The position numbers and the translations under genes were made by a program. From assembly GCA_051294375.1 (NCBI GenBank), contig CM119271.1:2787611-2851610 (forward strand): DNA of 64,000 bases, written 5' to 3'. This DNA is from Paraspadella gotoi (lineage: Eukaryota > Animalia > Chaetognatha). Below the pieces are notes generated by a model. That model did not search any database. It saw nothing but the letters and a program-made list of their open reading frames with translations, and was not told where the DNA came from. Below are positions 14,601-28,897 of this stretch, piece after piece (within the stretch, counting starts at the first letter, position 1; each line of letters begins with the position of its first letter).

Positions 14601-15329
14601 AGGTCAGATAATCCCTTGATTCTACCAAGTTAGACTACCGTTTTTTTAAATGAAGAAAAGCTTCGTAACTAAACCAAATGAGATCAAGAAATATGGTAAA
14701 TTATTGAAGTTCAGATTTCTTCTGTCTAATAAACAGACACCGTTGTATGCGAAACGTCTTAATATCCCGTCTCAAGCCTGTCCAAATTCTGGGTCAAGAT
14801 AGCTTATTTGTTAAATGAATAAACAATTTTTTGTATTTTTTATATTATATTTCATAAAATACTGTCGACATTGACAAATAGGCTCTCGAAAAGCCGACGG
14901 AATCAACAAAAACAAAAGGCCATTGCCCTCCGCCGATTTGAGAAAACATAAAGAGAAGCAAAAGAATGAATAGATATGTAAATAAATATGAAATAAATAT
15001 GAAATTTTATATATAAAAATATATATTATATAAAATAATAAATAAAATAATATAATAATATAAAAAATATAAATAAATATATATATAATATGAAATAAAT
15101 ATGAAAAATAAACAAAGAAATAAAAAAGGAAAAAAGAGAGGATTTTCGTCGGGTTGTTTTTCTCTCTTCGGGTTCGTTTCCCCTTTAGTTCATTTAACTT
15201 GTTCAAACTTGAGATAAATATTAAATATTCGAAAAGAATATGAAATAAATACAAAATAACTAAATTATTGTAAATTAGATTTGTAGAAAAAACATGATCG
15301 TTGAGGGCATGAAAATCTAATGAAGAAGA

Positions 15330-15400
<71 letters not shown>

Positions 15401-17943
15401 AAAGAGAGAAGAGGAGAGCGCCACAAGAATCAATAAAAGAAGTTATATCTTCCTATTTCCTCAAGAAGGACCGAATTTTTTCCGACAAAAAAAAATTGTG
15501 GAAAAATTGGAGCGAAAAAAAAATATTAATTGGAAAAACTTATTCATTCTACTATTCGAGCGCCCAGTTCGTTTCGGGCTATTTTTTTTTCGTCATTATG
15601 GATAAATATGGTGATCATTTGTGATAAATATATTGCAGCGGTAGCACGGGAGTGCAGGCTCATTGTGCTTACAAATGCTTTTGCCAAACGCAACAAAATG
15701 TTTTATAAGTTACATTTATCCTGCCACAGTGCCCATGATAAAAAAATTATAATAGTTACAATAAATCATATGGCTTAGATGGCGCTGCAACTTCCATATC
15801 CCTCTCTCTCTCTCTCTTCCTCATCCTCTCTCCTCATCTCTCTCTCTCTGTCGTCTCTCTCTCATCTCTCTCTCCTCCTCTCTCTCTCTCATCTTTTCGC
15901 TTCCGTCTTGAGCTGTGTCTCGCCCTCCATGTCGAACCTCCTTTTGGCAAGCTTGTTTTACATCGAATTTTCCTTAATCGCCCTGATAGAATCCAGATGC
16001 CGTAAATATTTGGGCCTGTTGCGCCGTTGGATTGGGTAAGAGGAGTTTATTGGTGGATCATTGGGGTAGGTTGGGCTTCGGGGGCTTTTGGTGAGAATAA
16101 CCAGAGAAGAGAGCCACTCTTGGTTTTGGTTTCTGGAAATGTTTTTTTTAGTCGGATCTGCTTATAGCAGATCGCGGCGACCTCTATAACCTCACTTTTT
16201 AATAAACTCACATTTTTCGGTCCGCGTCGGTCCGCCCCTCAATATCTGTTCGGGCACAAGTCACTTATATCATGTTAGATACATCTGATTTATGATAAAT
16301 TATGGCAAAAAAAAATGATGTCCGTCCGTCCGTCTGTTCTGTCGCGTCCGTCTCGCGTCCATCCGTCCGTCGGCGTCCGTCCGTCCCACTTAATGCAAAA
16401 ACACGCAATTTACTCGTCGATTGGATGGATGGATTTAAATAAATTTTGTGTGTGGATAGGTAAGTTCGCGTGTGATTGATGAGCTGGATACCTAAAGTTT
16501 TCGAATGGAAATCGTCCGAGTGGAAAAGTTTAAATGTGAAAACGCAAAAAAAATATATTCCTATTTGAACACGCATTGCTCATGAGTGGATGGGCTGATT
16601 GAAGCTGGAAATTTTGTATGTGGGTAGGAAAGTGGTGTGATTGAACAGGAATCAAGTTTCGTGGAATAGTTTTGAGTGGAAATGAGTTTAAAATGGAAAA
16701 AAACAGAAAACCTGTTTACTAATTGATTATGCTTCTTTTTCCGTTTTGTTTTTCCTTTTATAATTAAATGTATCTGCAGGATGTATTAATAAATCAAAAT
16801 AATTAATTCAGTTAATTAATCAATTAGTAATAAATTAATCAATATTAATTAATTAAGTCAATCAATCCGTCCATTCCGTCCCATGCTTAAGCAAAAGCTC
16901 GCAAATTAACTCGTGATTGGCTGGTTGGATTGGAATTAAATTTTGTGTGTGGGTACGGAAAGTGTGTGATAAAGCTGGATATAAAATTTCGATGGAATCG
17001 TGTGAGTGGAAATTAGTTTTAAATTGGGGGAAAAAACATAAGTCGAATTTACTAAAATCTTTTACTTATTTTAACGTCATAAATACTCAATTAATCAATA
17101 ATTGGATGGATAGATTGAGTTGAAATTTTTGTGTGTGGGTAGCGAAAACGTATGACGAAGCTTGATATAAAGTTTCAGGTGGAAACGTACTGCAAGTGGA
17201 AATGAGTTTTAAATGAAAAAAATAATGAGCACATTTTACTTGAATCTATTTAAATTTATTTTTACCCATGATAGATTGAGATGAAAATTTTCTGTGATCC
17301 GGTAGGAAAGTGAGTGAAGAAGCTAGATATAAAGTTTTGACGGAATGCAAGTTGAAAAAATGATGGCAAGTTTGAAAAATGATGCATAGTTAAAAAAATC
17401 TTAAAGCATAAGGATCGTCGCTTAATTGGCATAAAAGAGAAGAGAAGAGAGAAGAGAAAGAGAGAGTGAGAGAGAGAGAGAGAAGCAGTGAGAGAGAAAG
17501 AGAGAGAGTGAAGAGAGAGAGAAGAGAGAGAAGGAGCATAAAATAAAAAATCTAAAAAAAAGACTCAAGATCGAGCAGAAGCCCACTATGCAATAGAAAA
17601 TTAATAGAAAAAACCGCGGGAAAAACGAAAAATGATCATAAGCGATAACGAAATTGTTGATGTACTAGTAATTGATTGAGGGTAATACTAATTGATTGAT
17701 GTAATAGTAATTTTTTATTGATGTACATAGGAATTGGATTATTGATTCGATGATAAAATCAATTATTGAAATGCGATGATAGTCATTCACTGCTGTGATG
17801 ATAGTCATTCAGTGATGCGTGATTGTCATTACATTGATTCGATGATTGTCATTCATTGAATGCGATGATAGTCAATAAAACAAACAAATGCGTGTATGAG
17901 TGAAAGAGAGAGAGAGAGAGTAGAGAGAGAGAAGAGAGAGAGC

Positions 17944-17978
<35 letters not shown>

Positions 17979-20097
17979 AAGAAAGAGAGAGACGAGAGAA
18001 AGAGAGAGAGAGAGAGAGAAAGAAAGGAGAATAGATTCCACGAAAAATCTCGGAATGAAAATATGGGATTTTGTATGAAAAAAAGCGGCGGAAATAAAAT
18101 GGCATAATAAAAAGTTTTTAGAAGGAAAAAAATAATCAAGAATTTTTTCAAAAACAAACGATCAGCGCAAAAAATCGGAAACAGATAGGGACAGACACAC
18201 ACAGAGAGAGCAGAGAGACAGAGAGAGAGAGAGAAAAAGAGAGAGAGAGAGAAGAGAGACTAGCCGGCTGGGGCAGAGAAAAGAGAAAGAGAAAGGAAGC
18301 GATATATAATAATTAAAAAGATGAGAGAGAGAGAGAAGGCTCTCGGCTGCCCCTTACTCGTTAAGAAGTCAGCAGTAACTTATGGGCCTGCAATACGTTT
18401 AAAGTCGGTTGAGCTATTTCTCTTTAACCTCAACCTTAGTGACCTGAGTCGGGTTCGCGCCCTGTTCGCTGGCAGATACGTTTTTATTACATTAGTTGAA
18501 CCCACATTAAATATCTAAAAAAATTTTTGTAAAAAAGGAAAAGAAGAAGAGGAAGAGAGAGAACTGCGGCTCAACACATTTGAATTACCGTTCTTGTTTT
18601 TTTTAGAGAGAGAGAGAGAGAGGGCAGGGCGGTTGGGGAGAAAGGCTAGAAACGTGATTTTCGTAGAATTTTTACGCCGTTTTTATTCCGTGTTCCTTGA
18701 TTAAATTTTATATGTTTTTTATTTTTAATTGGAGTTAAAAAAAGGGGGTGGGGGGGGTTATGTGTTACAATAGGTAGCACCATTGATTATCACTTTTCAT
18801 AATTTTAATTGAGAACGTTTCATCAAAGGTTCCCCTTAAACCCGATCTAATACTTTAGTGAGCGGTCCTTTTATACAAATGAAAGATTCTTTGAAATATT
18901 AACACGGGTTATCCTGGAGTTAATAAACTAGACTGTGAGAGAGTCTTGAATGAAAGCTAACCGAGACCTTTTGTGTCATTATCTTGTAAGAGGGATGGAG
19001 GCCTTAAACCGCTCAAGCCTGTCCAAATTCTGGGTCAAGATAGCTTATTTGTTAAATGAATAAACAATTTTTTGTATTTTTTATATTATATTTCATAAAA
19101 TACTGTCGACATTGACAAATAGGCTCTCGAAAGCCGACGGAATCAACAAAAACAAAAGGCCATTGCCCTCCCGATTTGAGAAAACATAAGAGAAGCAAAA
19201 GAATGAATAGATATGTAAATAAATATGAAATAAATATGAAATATATATATAAATATATATATAAATAAATAAATAAAAATATAAATAAATAAATAAAAAT
19301 ATAAATAAATATATATATAAATATGAAATAAATATGAAAAAAATAAACAAAAGAATAAAAAAGGAAAAAAAGAGAGGATTTTCGTCGGGTTGTTTTTTCT
19401 CTTCGGGTTCGTTTCCCCTTTAGTTCATTTAACTTGTTCAAACTTGAGATAAATATTCGAAAAAGAATTATGAATAAATACAAAATAACTAAATTATTGT
19501 AAATTAGATTTAGAAAAAAACATGATCGTTGAGGCATGAAAATCTAATGAAGAGAAGAGAGAGAGAGAGAGAGANNNNNNNNNNNNNNNNNNNNNNNNNN
19601 NNNNNNNNNNNNNNNNNNNNNNNNNNNNNNNNNNNNNNNNNNNNNNNNNNNNNNNNNNNNNNNNNNNNNNNNNNNNNNNNNNNNNNNNNNNNNNNNNNNN
19701 NNNNNNNNNNNNNGAGAGAGAGAGAGAGAGAGAGAGAGGCGCCACAAGAATCAATAAGAAGTTATTCTTCCTATTTTCTCAAAGGAACCGAATTTTTTTC
19801 CGACAAAAAAAAATTGTGGAAAAATTGGAGCGAAAAAAAAATATTATTGGGAAAAACTTATTCATTCTACTATTCGACGCTCAGTTCGTTTCGCTATTTT
19901 TCGTCATTATTGATAAATATCGGTGATCATTTTGATAAAATATTCAGCGGTACAGGGAGTCAGGCTCATTGTGCTTACAAATGCTTTTCCAAACCACAAA
20001 ATGTTTTATAAGTTACATTTATCCCTGCCCAGTGCCCATGATAAAAAAATTATATAGTTACAATAAATCATATGCTTAGATCGCTGCAACTTCCATA

Positions 20098-20207
<110 letters not shown>

Positions 20208-20972
20208 CCTTCCGTCTTGACTGTGTCTCGCCCCTCCATGTCGAACCTCCTTTGGCAGCTTGTTTTACACGATTTTCCTTAATCGCCCTGATAGAATCCA
20301 GATCCGTAATATTGGGCTGTTGCGCCGTTGGATTGGGGTAGAGGAGTTTTTGGGCATTGGGGTAGGTTGGGCTTCGGGGGCTTTGGTGAGATAACCAGGA
20401 GAAGACCACTCTTGTTTTGGTTCTGGAAATGTTTTTTTTTCTGGACGAGCAACTGGTTAAAGGATGATGCTTGTATAGACTTTTCTGGTTGGACAAGTCC
20501 AAGCAGCTGGCATAACTTTACAAGCTATATCTTTAATTTTTTTATATTACTTTAACTTTGCCCAGAAGCCAAAAAAGAAGTAGCTCCATAATTAATCCAT
20601 CAAAATGTGAGACTAAAACTCAGATTCCAAACTTTATACGCAGATTTACAGCTGCTCCACTTAAATCGGTTCTAAAAATTTTCTTAAGTCTAAATTTACA
20701 GAGAAGTCCTAAATGGGAGACCGTTTCAATTTAATTCGAAAAAAATCTCGATTTCTTAAGAAGTAAATTACGCACAATCGTCCGTGCAAAGCGCACGTCT
20801 TAAGTCATAAGAGGAAGAAGTAAAGAATTTAATCTTGCAAAGACGTGCGCTTGCATGGTAAAGATACATCTATTGCTTTCTAGGTATTTAATCAGTCTCC
20901 ACTGTAGCGACGGCGTCTGAAGGCGCTTCTTCTCCACGTCGTTTTAAGTGGATCCCACTTTGGATCATCTCA

Positions 20973-21067
<95 letters not shown>

Positions 21068-21416
21068 CACATTGGATCGTAAAAATTGAAGTGGATGGAG
21101 AGACACCGGCGACGAAGTTGACCAGCGGCGCACGTCAGATATGTTAATTATTTTTTTAATTAGTTAAAGGAAGAATTAGCTTTAACTTAAATTATTACTT
21201 AATTTTTGTTAATTGTGTTAAAAGTAAATTCCAAAAAAAATATTCGCTAAATTTTAATTTTTTATTTAAAATAGTATTATTAGAAAATAAATATTATTTG
21301 AATTAAAGAGCATATTAAAGGGAAATGCTAAGGGAAAGCCGAGACACGCGAGTTCCGTCGACGTCGTGATGTCCGACCACTTGAGATTTCAAAATCGTCG
21401 AAAGAGATCATTATTT

Positions 21417-21449
<33 letters not shown>

Positions 21450-21469
<20 letters not shown>

Positions 21470-22040
21470 CTTATTCATTTTCCGGGTTTGTCTATTCAGA
21501 GACGAGTTTCGGAAATATTTGCGTCTTCCTCTTAGCCTAATTTCGCCCTAAGGACATAATCCAATGCATATGATAATAATGTAGTATATATTAATTGATT
21601 TTGTTTTAAAAATCATTATCACCAGTTTAAATAGGGCCCCGTTTTCCCTCGCTAACGCCAATTTAATTTTTTATCTGATTTAATTTTGAATATTCATTAT
21701 TTTTAAAGACCTTTTAAACCTTTGGATCTTCTTAGCTTATGGATTAACCCTTTCCGGACCTAACTCCAGGAAAAAAAATGCCGATTGGAAAATTTTCATC
21801 CGTTTATTTGGATCAAAAAAGGGGGAATGAGCCGATTAGGAAAGAAGCGACGTCTGGAGAGGAACGAGTCCTGGCTCGTTTAATGTCGTCGTCGTCGTCT
21901 TTGTCGTCATCATCGTCGTCGTCTCCCTCTTGAATTGAGTCGCGTACCATTTCGAGGACCAAAGATGTAAACAAAACGTGTTTATGTTTTTTGAATCGAA
22001 TTAGTAGTTCGACGTTCGATAAAAAGACTTGAACGATANN
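21450..22040. repeat. ~600-bp dispersed repeat; inverted copy at ~45410-46070
   Basis: Colinear reverse-complement match that differs mainly by substitutions, so a real diverged copy. Abuts (GA)n. Confidence 0.75.
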
Positions 22041-22389
22041 NNNNNNNNAGAGAGAGAGAGAGAGAGAGAGAGAATGATCTCGAATAATCAAGGAGGGAAA
22101 CCATGCTTTTGTGGTATGTTTGTTTACATTAATGCTGCGTATTAAGTGTTTTAATGTTTGGGCAAAGAAAAAGGACTTCACGGAAAACATTTTTTGACTG
22201 GAGAACGTCCTTTTTGTTATAAAACAAACGAAGATAAACTAAGTTAAAGAGATTGTACATTGAATAAAATGGTAAAAATGACGAAAATTAAATATAAACA
22301 AAAAATAATTTATATTAATTTAATTAATAAAAACTTATATAACTTGTCTATCATTTGTCTAATGTTTATAAACATCTCCAATTTAACAG

Positions 22390-22434
22390 GAAAAGTAAAC
22401 AACGAGAAAATGTTCGTCTTCAACGTTTCGTCTC

Positions 22435-22472
<38 letters not shown>

Positions 22473-22647
22473 GTCTTCCAAGCGGATCTTCACATCTTCA
22501 AGAAACGAATCAAGATTCCTCGACGTCACAACGACAACAACGACAACAACAACAACAAGACCGAGGCGAAGGACGTGGTGGTGATGCAATTGTTCGAGGT
22601 GGCGCCGACCTACATGTCAGCGATGGGAGAGATGGTTCTACCTCAAG
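22390..22647 (+). CDS. BMP3: BMP3/GDF10-like TGF-beta ligand, prodomain exon (first exon identified; signal-peptide exon not located)
   Basis: Acceptor ttaacag, donor CAAG|gtgaat, phase 1/1. Encodes KMFVFNVSSL...FQADLHIF, resembling the TGF-beta propeptide FxFNxS and AELxxY segments. Splices in frame to the 23197 exon. Confidence 0.8.
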
Positions 22648-23196
22648 GTGAATGAGAGAAGAATGAGTGGCCAATGGCCAATGACCAATGACCAATTGGC
22701 CAGTCACAAAAATTGGTTTACAACGTTATTATCTTTAACATCACGTGATCCACGTCATCTCTTCCTGTTCACCACAGATGTGAGATCAATCTTGGTTATT
22801 TTTACGTAAAAACAAATCCAGTCAATTATAACTGAATAATTATAATTATAATTATATCTGAATTAAAAAAACTGAAACTAATAAAATATACGAAAGAAGT
22901 TAAAATGCTTTTAGCACAAAACAAACGAAACTAACAAAGAAAATAAAACAAAATTAAACAAGACAAACAAGATTAAAAATATAAACAAAATTTAAAAAAT
23001 GAACAAAACAAAACAAACAAAAACAATATTAAAATTAAAAAAACTAAACAAATTAAAACAAAAATAAAAAATAAACAAAATCAACAGCGAGCAAAAAAAA
23101 AAACAAACTAAACCACACAAACTAATCTACACGAACAAAATAAAACTTACAAAAGAAAACAAACAAAACAACATTAACCCCCCCGTTTCCCCACAG

Positions 23197-23951
23197 AGCC
23201 CCGCCAACGCGGTTGGGTCTCCGTCTCCGTCACCTCCTTCATCCGACGCTGCCTCGACTCGGGACACTCCCGGCGCCCTCGCGGCGCCAAGCGCCAGCCG
23301 CATCTCCTGGCGCTGCGGTTCCGCCTCACGACGATTCGGCTCGGCGGCGTCGGGAACGACTCGTCCGGCGTCTCCCCGCGCGTGCAGCTGCATCGATTCG
23401 TCAAACGGCGCGCCCTTCCCTTCCTCGTTGTCTTCGCAAACGAGACACAACGAATCTCTCTGGATCATCTCGACCCGCGATTGGCGTCGCAGAGCGTCGC
23501 CGCCGTTCACGCCGCGCCGCCCACGCCGTCCGAACCGGAAATACGGCGTCTTTTCGCCGGATTCGGGGTGGAAGGCGAGCCGGCGGCGTCGGCGCGATCG
23601 AGACGCGCCACCGTCGGCGGCGATCAGCGGCGTCGTCGTTCCATCTACGACAATCAAATTCCGGAAGCGCCGGAGGACGACGATCCGTTTCGCGGAGCCA
23701 CTTATCCTGGCGCCTTTGACGCCCGATTCGATCCGGATCCTCGAGCGCCGTCTCCGCTGGATAGGCGTCGAACTCACGCGGCGTTGGCGCCGGGGACTTT
23801 GTTACGTCCGCGAAGTCAGCGGAAGGAGAAAGACAAATACTCTTTTCTCGTTCCGGCGCCGCGAGACGACGACGACGACGACGCCGAGTTCGACATCTTC
23901 GCCCTCGAAGAAGAGGATCGACGGCGCCGGAAGTTTCATCGCCATCAACAG
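23197..23951 (+). CDS. BMP3: BMP3/GDF10-like, large prodomain exon
   Basis: GC-rich open frame from ccccacag| to CAG|gttcgt. Contains RGWVSVSVT (GWxxFDVT-like) and LPFLVVFAN propeptide motifs. Phase 1/0. Confidence 0.85.
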
Positions 23952-24167
23952 GTTCGTTAATCTTTTTTGAAAGTCCCGGATGTAATTCATTGTTTGGTCG
24001 AGTCGCTCCCAAGCCCGCACCTTGAAAAATGCTGCGTTTCCCCATTCGGAGATAATTTCGTCGCGTATTGGTTTACGATGTATCTTTATTTCTTTTGTAA
24101 ATTTGAAATATGTGATATTTCTCAAAATTTTTAAATATTTAATTAAAATTTAAATCGTTTACCTCAG

Positions 24168-24437
24168 AAACGATTCCACGCGGATCAGCGTCGCCGTATG
24201 GAAAAGAAGCGACGCAAGAAGAACCGAATGCTTCCGTCCGGATGGCCGGGTGTCGGCGGCGGCGTCGGCGGCGACAGGGACTCCCGAGAGAACGACAACG
24301 AGACGCGGCCGCCGATTTGCCGGAAAAATCGGCTCGTCGTGGACTTTGCCGACATCGGGTGGTCAGAGTGGATCATCTCTCCTAAGTCGTTCGAGGCGCA
24401 TTACTGCGACGGGGATTGTCCCTTTCCCATGGCAAGG
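24168..24437 (+). CDS. BMP3: BMP3/GDF10-like, basic cleavage region and first half of the mature cystine-knot domain
   Basis: Acceptor acctcag, donor AGG|gtgaga. Encodes [13 protein letters not shown], then [57 protein letters not shown] is characteristic of BMP3/GDF10. Confidence 0.93.
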
Positions 24438-25190
24438 GTGAGATGATGATGATGATGACGATGACGATGACGATGCTGACGATGATGACGATGATGATGA
24501 TTAATAAAAAATTACTAATTGAACCCCTAAGAGGAGAGTACATCACCGGCGCGTGACGAAAAATCGTTTCACTGTGTGAAACAAATTAATCTTCGGTTTG
24601 CGATGTGAGTCATCTTGTAGTATCAGGAGGAAACTTTATTTAACTTAATTTTAATAAATAATATGTTAGATTCAAGAAAAATGTTTAATTAATTTTTTTG
24701 AGTAACTAAAGGTTGATTACCAAAATTAATTAATTAAAAAATTAGTTGACCTTTTCCTTAAGTTCTCGCTTAAATGAATTTATCTTCAGAAATAGTTTTA
24801 AAAAGTAAATGCTATGTCAACAGATTTAAGTGGAAACCTTTCCCTGAGGAAAAAAACTGTTACTGACTTTTTTCTCTTAACAATGGGGGATTTTTTTACT
24901 TTCCCTTAAAATTCAAAAGCTTTTCAATTATAATAGAATTTGTATTGACCATAATTTTTACTTTAATAATTATTTTTATTAATAAATTTGATAAATATAG
25001 TTATATATTTTATATTGGTTATACCAATTTTATACATTTCTCTTTCTTAAAAAAATCGAAATTTCTAAAATCGTTGAGGGGTTCCCCTTAAAAAGCTTCC
25101 CTTAACTAGCGAAAAATGCGACGCCACTTCCCGCGACTTTTCCTCACTCCGTCAATATTTAAAGGAATATTTGGCACTCACACTCTCTCG

Positions 25191-25262
<72 letters not shown>

Positions 25263-25499
25263 GACTCTCTCCCCCCTTTTGCCTCTCCTTACGTTTTCGA
25301 CATACTTTCCAAGCAAAAGTGACTGTTACACACGGATACTAGGACATAACCTCGAGAAAAAAAGTTTTTCACTCTTCCTCTTCCTTCTCCCTTTCCTTTT
25401 GCCCTTTTTTCTCCTCTTCCCTCCTGCGCCTCCTACCAATTTTCTCGTCTATTTTCTCGCAAAATTATGAACAAATAAGGGGAGATGATTGAAGAGGTC

Positions 25500-26081
25500 T
25501 TATGACGAGACAACGCAAAAAAAGGTATAGAAAGATAGAAAAATGAGAGAAAGACAGAAAAAAAGCTTTCAAAAAAATGGATTCTGGAGCCGAATACGTA
25601 TTTCCGTTTTTGTTCCTTTTTTTTTTTTTTTTTCTTTTTGTTTTTAACTCGCCGACGCAAAAAAAAATTTTCGGTCGATAATTTTCGGGGACTTCCCATA
25701 ATTTAAGACGCGAATCCTTGGAAACAATCTGGAATCATCTTCACTATCAGCCTTGGCACCCCGGCCAAGCCCCTATACTAATGTCCCCGCAAGATCTCTT
25801 CCCAACACTTATGTCTTTTAATCCGCCCGCCCCGCGGACACTCGGTTTCGGACAAGTGGCGCGTCTAATACTCCAGCATGGTAAGAATTAATTGAACGAG
25901 ACTTGGAGGGAGCTCTTGACTACTCAGACACCGCTCGCCTCCAAGGGACGAGGTTCCGGCGGGTCGTCCTCGGGAAGAATCGTTAATTTCGAAGTTCTGA
26001 TGGTCGGCATTTTATTCCTTATCGATTATCCATATTTATAATTGCTTTTTCGTGTTGGTGTGCTTGTGTTGGTTGTTTTTC

Positions 26082-26146
<65 letters not shown>

Positions 26147-28383
26147 TCTCTACTCTCTCTCTCTCTCTCTCTACTCTCTTTTATCGATGAATTATAAAAA
26201 ACAAAAAAGTAGTAACCCGATCTTCATAAACTTTCTGTTTTTCTATCTACGCCTCACCTCTCCTACTGCCAACACCTCCTCTCTCATCCCCACTCTCTTC
26301 TCTTCTCCTCTCTCTCTCTCTTCTCTCTTCTTCCTCTCTGCTCTCTCTCTCTCTCTCTTTCTCTCTCCTCTCCTCTCCTCTCTCTCTCTCTCCTCTCTCT
26401 CTTGTCTACGAGTATCCGACACGGAAAAGACCAACGACCTCATTCGTTCATCCGTCTGATGCACCGATGTTATTTTCTATTGTCTCTGTGAAGGCGAAAC
26501 CGTCTCTTCTCCGTCTCGCCTCTCTGGATCTCCTTGCTTCTCTCTCTCTCTCTCTTCTTCTCTCTCTCTCTCTATCTTTCATCGATGGAATTACCGAAAA
26601 AAACCAAAAAACAAAAAAAAATAACCTGATCTTTCAAACTTCCAAATTTCTTCCTCTCTCCTTTTTCTCCTCTCTCCTCCCCATCCTCTCTTCTCCTCTC
26701 TTCTCCTCCTCTCCCTCTCTCACTGTTCTCTCTCTCTCTCTCTCTTCTCTCCTTTTCCCTCTCTCTTCACGCCCTCCCTCTTTCTTTCCAGTTTCATTCT
26801 TTTCTTTTTCTCTTCTTTTTCTTTTCTGCTTCCTCCTCATCCCAGGGTCAAGCGGATCAAAGCCAAGCTCGATACTATTTTTTTTTTGAAAAAAAGAAAA
26901 AACAACAACACCAAAACAACAACGACGACACGACGACGACGACGACCGACGACAAAAACAAACCCGGCGAACAAACATACTCTTTTTAACTAATCAAGGA
27001 GTTTCAAACCCGAATAATTTTAACTGGGCTACCTCATTATCCATATTCTGCAAAATATATGTATCCAAAGAATCTCGGTCTCTTACATAGAGCGACATCA
27101 TGTCACATCAGCGGGCCATAACAACAACAGCAACACAAAGAACTTTTCTCTCACCTTAGGATGAAGCCGCGCAACCCGCCGTGAACTATTCCCTGCGATT
27201 CGTGGCCGGTGGTATTAAGGATTCATCTCCTGTCAGATGAAAAATAGGAATTTAAACGTTTTTAAAAACTAATTTACGCATAGGAAATATTGATTAATGG
27301 ATACTTAATAATAATAAAGAAAACTGGATAATTACTATTACAGATTAAGAGCATTAATTTACGTACGCTTTGTTCCCTCCATTCGATCTTAAATGTATTT
27401 GATTATTTTTTTTTAAATTTTTATATTGTTTCGCTGATAGGAATGATTTTTTTTTAAATTAACGTATTTTCTCTATACTGTATTATCCTATTAATGCGCG
27501 TTTGCTATTCATGCATCCATTCATTCAATCCAATTAATATCATATTCATTCTTCATTCATTTGATTCATTCATTATTATTCATTCATTCATTCTTATTCA
27601 TTCATTTCATCTCATTCATTATTCATTTCATTCATTTATTATCATTCATTCACTCCAATAATTCATCATGCATTCATTCATCGTTTTTTCCCATCCTCCA
27701 TTCTAGGTGACAAACGTGATTTTTGATATAATCCCAACAACCTTCCGTTGACCGTTAGTGTTTTCAGATTCTAATCTCATCGTTTTGATTCTAATTTATT
27801 TTAACGACATTTTTTTTAACAATGATTTTTCTCGGCTTCCAAGTCTTCTCAACCTTGACGGCCCGGCTTCCCGTTCTCTGCGCAGGGGGGGGCGGAAAAA
27901 AGAAAGGTTGGCAAAGACAGGGAGGGAGAGGACGAGAGAGAGAGAGATGAGGACGAGAGAGATAGAAGGAGAGAGAGAGAGGAGATAGGAAAAGAGAGAG
28001 AGAGAGAAAGGGAGACATTTTCTCAATGCTTATTTCTAAACTCTAATCAGTTTCCGCTGTTTGAAAGGACCCAGGGCCAAAGAGTCTTTATTTTTTACTT
28101 TTCTTGAGATTTTTTCTATTTTTTACGTTTCTCATCCATTTGGCTTTCTTTTCTTGGTCCATTTTATTTTAATGTTTCTCTTCTCTTTTCTTTTACCATT
28201 TTTCTTTTATCATTCTTCATTCTTTTATTTTGTTTTTTTTTTCTTTTTTTTATTTCTTTCTTTTTACTTTCTTTCTTTTTTCTTTCTTTCTTTGATCCTC
28301 TCTTTTCTTCTTTTTTTTCTCTTTCTCTCCTTCTCCCTCACCCACTTTCTCTCTTATTTTTACTCTCTCTCTCTCTCTCTCTC

Positions 28384-28428
<45 letters not shown>

Positions 28429-28826
28429 CTTTCTTTTTTTTCTCTCTTTCTTTTATTTTTTTTTCTGTTTTTTTTTTCTGTNNNNNNNNNNNNNNNNNNN
28501 NNNNNNGGAGAAGGAGAGAAAGAGAAAAAAAGAAGAAAAGAGAGGATCAGAAAGAAAGAAAAAAAAGAAAGAAAGTAAAAAAGAAAGAAATAAAAAAAAG
28601 AAAAAAAAACAAAATAAAAGAATGAAAGAATGATAAAAGAAAAATGGTAAAAGAAAAGAGAAAGAAACATTAAAATAAATGGACCAAGAAAAGAAAGCCA
28701 AATGGATAGAAAGTAAAAAATAGAAAAAATCTCAAGAAAGTAGAAAAAATAAAGACTCTTTGGCCTGGGTCCTTTCAAAACAGCGGGAAACTCGATAGAG
28801 TTAGAAAAGCATTGAGAAAATGTCTC

Positions 28827-28897
<71 letters not shown>

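Noticed and set aside
23127-24125. Several overlapping ORFs on both strands
   Set aside because: Shadow frames of the GC-rich BMP3 exon.
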